From: Azolla caroliniana
Lineage: Eukaryota > Plantae > Polypodiophyta
Length of the DNA: 21,266 bases
Direction: 5' to 3'
NCBI GenBank assembly: GCA_043228905.1
Contig: JBHGNT010000534.1
Location: forward strand, 1 to 21,266
Shown one piece after another: positions 1 to 9,944 of the stretch (position 1 is the stretch's first letter; every line of letters starts with the position of its first letter). A program made the position numbers and the translations under genes. Below the pieces are notes generated by a model. The model was not told the origin of the DNA. It did not search any database and worked only from the letters and a program-made list of their open reading frames with translations.

Positions 1-1683
1 GCTTGTTAGCTGAACTACAAAGTGGATGAAGGTTAACAAGTAATTGCCAATTTTGAAAAGTGTGTTCATTTATTTTTTAAATTACACTTACTATGCTCAA
101 TGGAAGTTGTAGCTCCAAATGATACGAAAATTAAGGTTGACATATACTGATTAAGAATGACCATAAATAACGTTAAATATTTTGAATATACCTTGAATCA
201 CCACACTAAAGGAAAAACAATTCACTTAATCTCCCGACAATCTCAAATTTATTTAACAAATTCGATGTGCCATGAGAAGAAAATTTGACACATTAAATGT
301 TAATTTCTCTCATTAGCACAATACCCACTTCCTAACTAGGACCATTCTTACCAAATTAAGCTTCACTTAATATAATTACCAGCTTAATTTGGCATTTTAG
401 AGCCTTAACTTAGACCATCTGCATATATCTGGTATTTTCGAAAACAAGAAGCAGCCATATATTTAGAGATTTACAATACATATAAGCATATCTGAGTAAT
501 TTCTATTATTGTAATTTTTTCTCGAAGTTTTCTGACCTTATAATTTCAAAACATTCATATCTATGATAACATTTTCATTATTCAACTATCACTTTTCATT
601 TTAATTTAATGCTTATGGACATCGACACATGATATATCTTTCTTTTTTGAATGCATCTTCTATGTGTAAAACCTTGACACATTTGGTATACTCATGTTCC
701 TAATTGTCGTGTTAAGCAATGTAATTTAGTTTTTTTTAAAGATAACAATCCAAATGTTCATTAACAACTACATCTTTGCAATTTCATGCATTTTACACAT
801 GTTTTGATACATCCTCATCTTCGATCGGTGAGAACAACAGGACTACAATTTAAGACACATAACTACTGTAAGTAACAATTACTATGGAACCTTGCAAGAA
901 TCAGCTATTGCTCCAAGTACAATCCTAGGATCATAATGCCTCTTTACTAAAAAGTCTCCTCACAATAGTGTTGAGAGATCGACTATGACAAGAGGCAAGT
1001 CACTATAATGCATGAGGAAGTCATGTATGAAATGATGTTGGAACACAATAATCACTAGAAAATTGCCGATGCCAAGGTTGTGCTATTCGAGCAAAAAATT
1101 CAATGGTTATATAAAATTCAACTTATTTCCACAACCATCTTGTAGCATCCATCAACAGTAATACATAACATAATTTCCTCTTCTATCCTAGTAATGCCTA
1201 GGGATTTGATATTATTGAGCCTTGTACTAACCATGTACAACTGTAGTTACTGGATGCAACTTAAACACTAAGTGAAGTTACAATTACCGTGTGATTTTAT
1301 TCATTTGATTCTGATGGAGCCAAGTGAAGGGCATATTATCTTCAGAATTTTATTCAATAATTTTGCAAATGGTATAACAGGAGGCTGAATTCCAAGGAGT
1401 TGATCAAGGTCGCTTCATTAAAAATGTTACAACAATGAATGAATGAAATATCTGTCTATAAAAATCAAGCTTTGTATATCGATGAGAAAATGTGCACATA
1501 AATAATTCAAACTGTCCTTACTATACAAAAACACTAAAATGATACTCTTGAGGAATACTACAATTTAGTATAATGAATGACTATCATTGAAATGTTGTGG
1601 ATATACAAAATAGTCACTAAATTGTTCCTCTTTGAATATATGAAGCAAACTAGATAACTGAAATGAGTGAAAGGTGTACATAA

Positions 1684-3119
1684 TTACCCCAGAAAAGGCA
1701 ATGGGAAAGGCAAGTGAATAAAGTCTGCGGCCACTAGCACATACAACACCCATATCGGAAACAATGAAAGAACTAATTGCAAGGCACCTATTTGATCTGC
1801 AATTTCAAAAAATCAAAGATCACATGTCCATGTTTCAGAATGATACGGCTATTTTGTGAGAAAGCAACTACTCTAAAACATCGCAAAACACAAAGTTCTA
1901 ATCTTCTATACAACCTCACTTTGCAAAAACCGTTGATCGTGGAATTGTTTTAATGTTTCGTATGCAATCATTAAAGAAAGGCCCACAATCTTCTTCAAGT
2001 ACATAGATTTGCACTCCTTTGATCAGATTACCTTATGAGAGGCACTAGAGATCATTGAGCTTGGGAATTTAGTCCCTTGTGTCCCTTGTGATAACTAGAA
2101 CCTAGACCACTTTTGTCCTTTTGAATAATAATGATAATGTTCCATCTCTTGAATTGCAATGAAAAATCTAAGTATTCCAAAATCATTCGATGAGATTATG
2201 AGTTTTGCGCGAGCAAATATTGTATGGATATGTTGATCTCGAGCTTACGACAAATATATCCATTTATGTGTGTGCAGCTAAGTAGTCTCTAGACCAGATG
2301 CTTCCTCATTCCACATGTTTTGCCCTAGGTATGTTATAAGGATCCATGGACATGGAGATCATCATAAATAGGTCTCTTATGTTCTTAGAAATCAGTATGT
2401 AGCTATGTTTTTTTTTCCATAGCCAGATGGTGCATTCCTTAAATGATAAGTTCTAATTCGCCTGCATTGCACTTAAATGCATCATTTACTCTAAATCAGA
2501 TATGAAGAAAAAACTAATTTCAGAAGGGGGTTCGATTTGTGTAAGAATGTTAATGTTGGGAGAGACTTACATTCATCTCCTTCAGTTATATCTGAGAGTC
2601 CCTCAGAAGCTTTCTCAATAGAGTCCATGAAATTATTCTCTTTCTTCACATTCTCATTGCTGCCATTGCTCTGGAATGGTGAAAACCTAGACCTGCAGAA
2701 AACAGAGGGAAGTTGGTCTTCCATCCAGGAAGAAAGAGAAAGAAGATGAAGAGAGAAGAGAGAAGAGAGAGTAGAAAATACCTAAGGGTTTCATCTTCTC
2801 TGTTTATACCAAGGGCAGATTTAAAGTCAGAAACAGAAGGCTCCTCATCCATGTTCTCATCATCTAAATTTGAACGAATTCCTCTGCAGGTAAAAACACA
2901 CCATAATTATTATCTATCGACATCTTCATACATATACAAAATGGGATTCTGATCAGAGAGTGCAGAGAGATGAGGAGATTATTACCTGAGGGGTCTGTGT
3001 CTTCTTCTTCTACTTCTTCTGATGGATTGATGGGGAAGGGATGTGATGGGGGGATGAGCTATGGAGGCCTTCAGAGTGACTAGACTCACTGCAGAAGAGA
3101 GTCCTGCAGTTGTTGCCAT
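1684..3119 (-). CDS. CRR3: CRR3-like chloroplast NDH complex factor (chlororespiratory reduction 3), 4 exons: complement(join(1684..1796,2571..2692,2782..2883,2986..3119)), 156 aa
   Basis: Manual splicing with GT..AG introns gives a continuous 471-nt frame (intron phases 2,2,1). It has an S/T/R-rich, acid-free transit-peptide-like N-terminus (MATTAGLSSAVSLVTLKASIAHPP...RRSRRRRHRPLRGIRS). EEPSVSDFKSALG resembles the PSIAQIERAFG motif I recall for Arabidopsis CRR3. The C-terminal TM segment LQLVLSLFPIWVLYVLVAADFIHLPFPLPFLG* resembles CRR3 ...LPIWIMSLLVACGVIKLPFSIPFL. Confidence 0.82.
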
Positions 3120-3165
3120 GGAGGGTAGAAATTCGCCCACATACATACATTGATAGTCTTATTAC

Positions 3166-3337
3166 TCTTATACATATACTTATACATTATACATTATACA
3201 TTATACATTATACATACAAATACTGTATAATACATACAAATACACATACATATGTATATAAGCACATACATATGTATATAAGTGTGTGGCTTTGTATGTA
3301 TGTATGTGTATAGAAAGAGATAGATAGATAGATTATA
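3166..3337. repeat. Compound AT-rich microsatellite (TATACAT, TATG, TAGA units) just upstream of the CRR3 start
   Basis: Directly visible tatacat/tacat, gtat and taga reiterations. The TAGA part (TCTA on minus) is probably the LINE 3' tail. Confidence 0.75.
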
Positions 3338-3650
3338 GGGAAAAGTACCAAGATACCCTTGGAAGTTCGTCTATTTACCAGAATGCCCCTGAAAATTCCA
3401 AATTTACCAAACTACCCCTATGTCCAACAAAATACACTTTATAAAGTAATTATACACTCAAATCTACAAGTCCTATTTACTAGAATACCCTTCAAACATA
3501 AATTTCGTTACTTAAGAGATTCTTTGGGTCCTTTGTACTTACTTTATAAAGTGTATTTTTTTGGACAAAGGGGTAGTTTGGTAAATTTGGAACTTCCAGG
3601 GGCATTCTGGTAAATAGACGAACTTCCAAGGGTATCTTGGTACTTTTCCC
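3338..3650. mobile_element. Mutator-type (MULE) MITE, 313 bp, non-autonomous
   Basis: 112-bp terminal inverted repeats (3338-3449 and 3539-3650) start GGGAAAAGTACCAAG and have about 4 mismatches. An exact 9-bp TSD TAGATTATA lies at 3329-3337 and 3651-3659. Long G-starting TIRs with a 9-bp TSD are typical of MULEs. Confidence 0.92.
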
Positions 3651-3659
3651 TAGATTATA

Positions 3660-4510
3660 TTATCGTCTTCGGAGGTCAAATATGACCTATGAGACCAAAA
3701 ATATTACATTTCACGTTATATGTGTGAAAGTGAGTAGTGACTCTCGATGTTCAAGAATTTTACCAATGAATGTTGCAATCGAGAGTGCACATTGTGGTTG
3801 TGAGAGGAATTCATGCAAGGATTGGGCTTGGTCAAAGAGATGTGGAAAGCATGGTCGAATATGATCAAAGGCAGAGCATTGTATCGAAGTGTGATACTCA
3901 GACTCGTGAACTTGTTTAGGGCAAAGTGTGCATAGCCGACCACTCTCATCACTTGTACCCCAACGCCCTGTCTCACATCGCAATGCATGTGAGGTAAGTC
4001 GCATGGAAGCAATGGTTCGAATGACAAATAGCAGTGTGGGCTCTAACATGTATCAATGTGTGCGGTTTCCCCGTTCCGCAAAGAATATGGTTTTGTAGTT
4101 AGGTGCAACATGTGTAGTATAATGTGTGAAAGCGTGAGCCTCCACATTTGTCCCATGCCATGATACATTGGCATTGCAAAAATGCCTCATTTACAAAGGA
4201 ATCTAGTGATGCATCATAAAGCAAGTGTCTCGCATCCCATCTACCAAACCATTTTTCTATATCTTGCATCCAACCAGAACACAAAAAATTGCTTTTATGC
4301 GTCTTTTGGATCTTTTTGCTTGATTCCCATGCAATTCTAGGAAATCGATGTGAGGGACTTTTTTGAACCTTAAGCATGTATTCAACAACCCTTTCCATGG
4401 CCATGATCTCAATGGGAAGCGATCCCATCTCAAGGACGAGGACGGTGTAGGGCGTTTGTTTCTTAACTTGTAGAAACTTTGTAAGAAAATGTTTTTGGAC
4501 ATTTTGATCA
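3660..4510 (-). mobile_element. 5'-truncated LINE retrotransposon, C-terminal part of ORF2 (post-RT region and CCHC domain), pseudogenised
   Basis: ORF 4099-4542 has NVQKHFLTKFLQVKKQTPY..LEMGSLPIE. ORF 3711-4049 has MRLTSHALRCETGRW...RLCTLC...ESEYH...C..FDHIR, a LINE C-terminal Cys/His motif. The two join via a frameshift near 4130 and an in-frame TGA at 4053-4055. A short 3' UTR runs into a (TCTA)n tail. Confidence 0.8.
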
Positions 4511-5518
4511 TAGAGGGAGGGAGGGAGGGAGGGAATATGCACACATAATATAGATTAAGTTCAGGCTCAAAAAAGCAATCTAGAAAAATGTGGACATGAA
4601 GAGGAGTACTCGGAGTGAGTGAGAGTGCTCGATGACCAAAGTGCCCCACAAAGCCCAGTAAGGAGGAATCTCTATGGATCCAACAAAGATTTGAGGAGAC
4701 ACATGTTAAAGTTAAGGCTTGACGATAAATTGAGGATCTGCATAAATCGTCACTCGAAGAAAGAGGTGAAAACCAAACATCAAAGGACAAGTGGCTATCC
4801 ACGCGAAATTCATTTTTAGGTCATGGGGATCTCACATAGGCTACAAGAAAAGGAAGAGAGAGATCATTATCAAGTTCACAAAAGTTATATAACTAGATGC
4901 CATCCTAAGACCAATATTGTTTCATCAATCTTTGCTCTAAACCAATTATTGATGTTGTCCTAGTCGTCAATGCCTTCCGCCAAACAACCTCAATCAAACA
5001 CCATATCAAGGGTGTATTGCTAGTATTGATGGCTAGTCGATGGATGTCAACAACATTTAGCTAACGGTTCATAATTAAAACAATCGTTATGGATGAGGTA
5101 CTTAGTTACTTACAATCAATAGGGCAAAGAGGTTTAACAAAGAATTAAACAACACAAGATGAAATAAAATCAACAAAAAATAGATGTCGAAAGGGTCAAT
5201 TAATACCTAGGAGTACAATGGTGAAATAGTGCATAGAGATCATTGCGGTCAATCAGGACCACAACTCTATTAATGGTAGTTATAAGAAGAGCAAGGGTCC
5301 TTTTGATGATAGGATGAGTAAGGATGGTGATACTCTACTAATTATCAACTATTCCACCTCTTCCTTTTTATCCATCTCCCAACTTTATAACAAAATTTGG
5401 GGAGGGACAATTATATTGACCAAATCATTCGCACAAATAGCATTAAAGCCTTTATGGCCATGTAAAGTACAAACTACAAGATACCTTAATAATAATAATG
5501 ACACTGTTATTTGTTCTT

Positions 5519-5920
5519 AATGATTCATTGAGGCCCTTTTGGCATATTGCCGCCACACCATCGAGTCAATTTTGTAATCTATGTCGTTGTGATTGGTGGT
5601 AATGGGGTGGTTGTGAAGTGAGGGTTGTAGTTGCATATCATACCATGATGGAATTGTCACCAATTGGTGGTGGTGGAGATGTTAAGGAGGTAATGATTTT
5701 TTCATTTGTTGGGCCCCTAAGGATTGACATTGGATGTTCATCCAAATGACATGTGTGAGTGCAATGCAATTGTTGGATAAGCATTGGAGCTAGTAAGTAT
5801 TCTTCTAAACTTAGGTGACAATGTGGCACAATCCTAACCATTTGCACATAAATGATTCACTGAGGCCCTTTGAACATATTGTCGCTACACCATTAAGTAA
5901 ATTGTATAATCTACATTATA
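5519..5920 (-). repeat. Diverged ~70-bp direct repeat (5519-5590 and 5851-5920), each copy encoding a WRKY-like motif on the minus strand
   Basis: aatgattcattgaggccctttt... versus aatgattcactgaggccctttg..., offset 332 bp. Minus-strand translations are DYKIDSMVWRQYAKRASMNH and DYTIYLMV*RQYVQRASVNH. The repeat is certain; the WRKY interpretation is tentative. Confidence 0.55.
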
Positions 5921-6303
5921 GTGGATCCCAAGGTCATAAATGCATTTCAACCACTATTGGGTGACTGAGAGGTTATATTCCACAATTATTCTAAGGAAGG
6001 GCAAATGCTTGAGTAGATGTAACCACTAATTGATAGAATCTTGCATTTTGGATTCAAAGAGATTGTCAAAAGCTCTAGGGGAAACTAAGGGTTGTGGCCA
6101 TTATATAGTGCCTTAAAAGGCTTTACCTTGGTAGAACTATGTGGTGTGGTGTTTGTATGTGTGCACCATATAAGGGAGTAAATTATCTAATTGTAGTGTA
6201 GAGGGTCGACATTGGAGACAATGACATGTTTCGTTATTTTATTCAGTCACTCAATTAGGACATTGGTTTTGGGATAGTAAGGAGATGCAAACACTTTTTG
6301 CAA

Positions 6304-6387
6304 GCCTAAGTGATGTGTTAGAAGTTGCATGACTTCACTTCTAAATTGTGTGCCTAACTGATGTGTTAGAAGTTGCATGACTTCACT
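6304..6387. repeat. Short tandem duplication, 36 bp x2 at 48-bp period
   Basis: gcctaa(g/c)tgatgtgttagaagttgcatgacttcact at 6304-6339 and 6352-6387, one mismatch. Confidence 0.9.
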
Positions 6388-7158
6388 AGAGGGGTAGCAT
6401 AAAAAGAAAAAAAATGTTGGAGATTAGAAAAACAAAGTGAGAAAACAGAGATAAAAAAACCCAAGTGAGAAAATGGAGTTCAGAAAAATAGAGTGACAAT
6501 AACCAAGTGTGTGTGAGAGATCAAAAACAAAAAAGACGAAGAGAGATTGAAGGTGAACAAAGAATCTTGAGAAAACATTGATCTCAACTTACACCAACTA
6601 CTCAATGCTCACTTACACATGCAAACATTTCCACCTTCTTATTAGTGTGGGTGGAAGTAGGACAACAAATAGCGATATCAACGGTGGTTTAATTCTAATG
6701 TAATCTCAAGGAGACATGATCTAGACATCCACCGATGATGATCATGTTCCACTTGGTACCAAGTTTGTCGTAAACTTGACGGTTTCATGATTCCACAGTG
6801 ATAGTGATGAAACTTTTGATATCGACATTGTCATTTAATTTGTAAGACTAGTATGCCCTAAATGCAATAGAGTATTTGTATTTATTTATTTATTTTCAAA
6901 AAAATTGCTACCCATTAGTTAAGGAAGAAATACATGAGGTACAATATTACAAGGGCTCCGCGGCTTCGATTAACGCTAAAAACGTGAAGCCTAGAGTGAT
7001 CCGTCTACAATCCAAGGACGGTGGGGGGATGTCTCATAGAGTATTTTTATTTTTATTCCCATATTTATAATTAACAAAAATTAAGGGAAAAATAAAACAA
7101 TTTCATTTCATTGTGTGTGCTTGTTTATTCGAATTTTGACACCCCTTTTCCTAGCAAG

Positions 7159-8204
7159 TGGTATTAGAGTCGAGGCTCATATCCTCTTTAATATTAGCAT
7201 ATGGATGAATCCTTTAGTTCGATGCTTACACTAATTGAGCCCAATTATGGAAGCCCAAAATGAGTGATTTATTACGGTGTAAGGTTTCGTGGTTGCCTAC
7301 ATACAATGTGGTATCGCAAAATTAGAAAATGTAGGTGCGAGAACTTGGGAAGTCATGCATTGAAAAACAACATCATGTATACGATGTGTTTATAGAATAA
7401 CTTTGATGATGAAATTAAAGTGGATGTGTTGTGGAAGAAAATTGAGGTTATGTTCAAAATTAAGTATGTTGTGAATAGAGTTTTTGTATTTTGAAAGATA
7501 GTAACATTGAGATATTGGATGACTCTAGTATGGCATGGAACTTGAATGTATTTCAAGGGTTGATCAATAAAACTCTCTCTCTAGACATAGCATCAGTATG
7601 AGGTTTTGGCTTTATTGTTGTTAGGCTCCCTCCCAAACAAATGGGAGGCACTTGGGAATTCAATACCACAAGGAAAGCTGACATTGGATATGCTTAATTC
7701 TAGTCTACTTAATAAAGAAGCAAGACAAAAGGAGCATGATTCCAATGTGCTTTAAACATAAAGCACTAGTCACAAAAAACAACCTCAAATAGAGGAAGAT
7801 GCAATACTAGGGGTCCACAAAATAATAGAAATAATTCCAAGGGGAGGTCTAAGTCCAGAAATAAGAAAGTTTTTTATGATCATATTGTGATCATCAAAAT
7901 CGCTATAAGAGAGACTACGGAAAGAAGAAGAGAAACCAAAAAAATTAAACCATTGACAACAACAAAATTTACAATTATACAATAGTGTGGTGAAATTATC
8001 ATTGTTTGTGTTGATGCTTGTGTCAGTTTAGCATTTCAATAAACTTATTGGATTATTGACTCAGGAGCCTCGTATTATATTACATCGTATTGGGTTCTAT
8101 GTTCACATCATATGCAAGTGGTAACTTTGATAGAGTCAAAATGGCCAACCAATGTATGATAGAGGTTCTTGGCACAAGGAATGTCATTTTGGTGACAGAC
8201 ACAA
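7159..8204 (+). mobile_element. Decayed Ty1/Copia LTR retrotransposon, 5' part: PBS, gag, protease
   Basis: TGGTATTAGAG at 7159 follows ...AGCA and resembles the tRNA-iMet PBS TGGTATCAGAGC. Gag remnants are WKPKMSDLL, VLWKKIEVMF, EVLALLLLGSLPNKWEAL and KLTLDMLNSSLLNKEARQK, with a decayed zinc knuckle at ~7878-7920. The protease motif WIIDSGASYYIT is at ~8049-8084, followed by FTSYASGNFDRVKMAN. There are many stops and frameshifts. Confidence 0.85.
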
Positions 8205-9940
8205 TGTCACGAGGATATGCGTGCGTGTGTGCTACTTGAGCGGAACCACGGGGATCGTGGACAGGGGAGTCAGAGAGGAAGGTGGGAGATCATCGCTTTC
8301 TTCCTTGCTTTTCACCAACCTTGTCGTCCCTTTTCATGCTCTTCTACTTGTCTTCTCAAGCGTTGGGCTCTTCACACGAGCGAAAGGACAAGGCCCACAA
8401 CGAAAGATGAGCACACAAGGCAAAAGCAGAAGAAAAGGAAGAGCACACATTCACCAATGCTTAAACACCTTGATGAGGAGAGGTGCATGGGCACACCCGA
8501 AACGCTCCTTCGTCATAAGGTGACCGAATGCACAAGGAAAGGACAAGAGCACACACACGAATGTCTAAACACCTTTATGAGGAGAAGAGGTGCATGGGCA
8601 TGCCCGAAATGCTCCCTCGTCACAAGATGACCAAACGCACAAGGGAAGGACAAGAACACACACACAAATGTCCGAACACCTTTATGAGGAGAGGTGCATG
8701 GGCACACCTGAAACGCTTCCTCGCCACAAGATGACCAAACACACAAGGAAGGAACAAGAACACACACACAAATGTCTGAATGCCTTTCTGAGGAGGAGAG
8801 GTGCATGGGGACGCCTGAAATGCTCCCTCGTCACAAGACGACCAAACATACAAGGAAAGAACAATAACACACACACACACACACACACACGAATGTTTGA
8901 ACGCCTTTATGAGGAGGGGAGGTGCATGGGCACGCCTGAAACGCTTCCTCATTACAAAACGACTGAACGCACAAGGAAGGAACAAGAACATACACATGAA
9001 TGTCTAAGTATCTTTATGAGGAGGAGAGGTGCATAGGCATGCCAAAACGCTCCCTTGTCACAAGACGATCAAACACACAAGGAAAGAACAAGAACACACA
9101 CATGAATGTCTAAACGCCTTTATGAGGAGAGGTGCATGAGCACACCCAAAATGCTCCCTCGATATAAAACGATCGAACGCACCAGGACAGAACAAGAACA
9201 CACACAGGAATGTCTGAACTCCGTTATGAGGAGGGGAGGTGCATGGGCACGCCCGAAACGCTCCCTCAACATAAGACGACCGAACACATAAGGGACGGAC
9301 GAGAACAAACAATTTATTTCATACTTTTAAGGGTAAAGACATATAGTTAAGACAAATGTGAGCAAACATACACGAGATAGGTTACAAATAGGGTTGTAAA
9401 GCAAGTATTGGCATGATTAAGTTAAATAACACGTGCTTTTACAAATAGTCATTTGATTCTATTACAACGAAAACGAAATGATTGAACAAAAAAGGTGAGT
9501 CTAGCGAGCCGCTAGGACCGCGACTATCACCGTTGGCTATGGCGCCCGAACAACAACGTAGTGTTCTGTGCCGCGTCAACCTTCCTCCAACGTGTGCAAG
9601 GTAGTTGATTCCTTTCTTCAAATCGTTGACGTGTAGCTCTCATTACCACAGGTAAGATGGCCAAACCTCTGAAACATTCGTAAATAGTTGAATCCTAAGT
9701 CAAGAAGAAGAAGCACAAAGAAGCTCCCAAACCCTAACCTTGGAAAAAGAGGTACTAACAAGAAAAGAGAGGCACCCCAACCCCAAGCAAGAAGAAGAAG
9801 AAAGCACCTCAAACCCTAACCAAGAGGAAGAAGAAGATCGAAAGCCTAAGTGGCGCACTCCTCTCTATCAAAATGAGTGACTCCCAAATAAGCCCTCTCC
9901 TTTCCTTTTTATAGATGAAAGAGGCACCTATTTTATCATT
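8205..9940 (-). mobile_element. Partial LTR of a second (probably Ty3/Gypsy) retrotransposon inserted antisense into the Copia element
   Basis: Copia coding similarity stops abruptly at TGTCAC (8205), which reads ...GTGACA as an LTR end on minus. Minus-strand TATAAAA is at ~9907-9913 and AATAAA at 9313-9318. The segment has higher GC and CpG than its flanks and no real coding motifs. The other LTR end and the TSD are not found. Confidence 0.6.
8430..9310. repeat. Tandem array of ~107-bp units (about 8 copies)
   Basis: The anchor gaggtgcat occurs at 8480, 8587, 8691, 8798, 8919, 9026, 9129 and 9236 (periods 107,104,107,121,107,103,107). The 121-bp unit carries a (CA)n expansion. Confidence 0.93.
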
Positions 9941-9944
9941 AGAC

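Noticed and set aside
1370-1446. Possible terminal exon of a plus-strand gene (cag|GAGGCTGAATTC...; RLNSKELIKVASLKMLQQ* or EAEFQGVDQGRFIKNVTTMNE*)
   Set aside because: Weak acceptor, no recognisable family and no supported upstream exon in the window.
2032-2094. 63-nt candidate cassette exon in CRR3 intron 3 (minus strand, tag|...AAG|gtaatc)
   Set aside because: In the required phase it contains a TAA, and CRR3 reads well without it. It could only be a poison exon, for which there is no evidence.
3359-3613. 84-aa ORF, and the hairpin as a possible miRNA gene
   Set aside because: Lies wholly within the MITE; the TIRs and TSD explain the symmetry.
4257-4819. 181-aa minus ORF and 66-aa plus ORF
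   Set aside because: Off-frame to the LINE protein or without recognisable motifs; likely chance ORFs in TE debris.
8430-9310. CRISPR-like periodicity and many overlapping ORFs on both strands
   Set aside because: Whole units are homologous, with no unique spacers and no cas genes, in a eukaryotic context. The ORFs are by-products of the tandem repeat.
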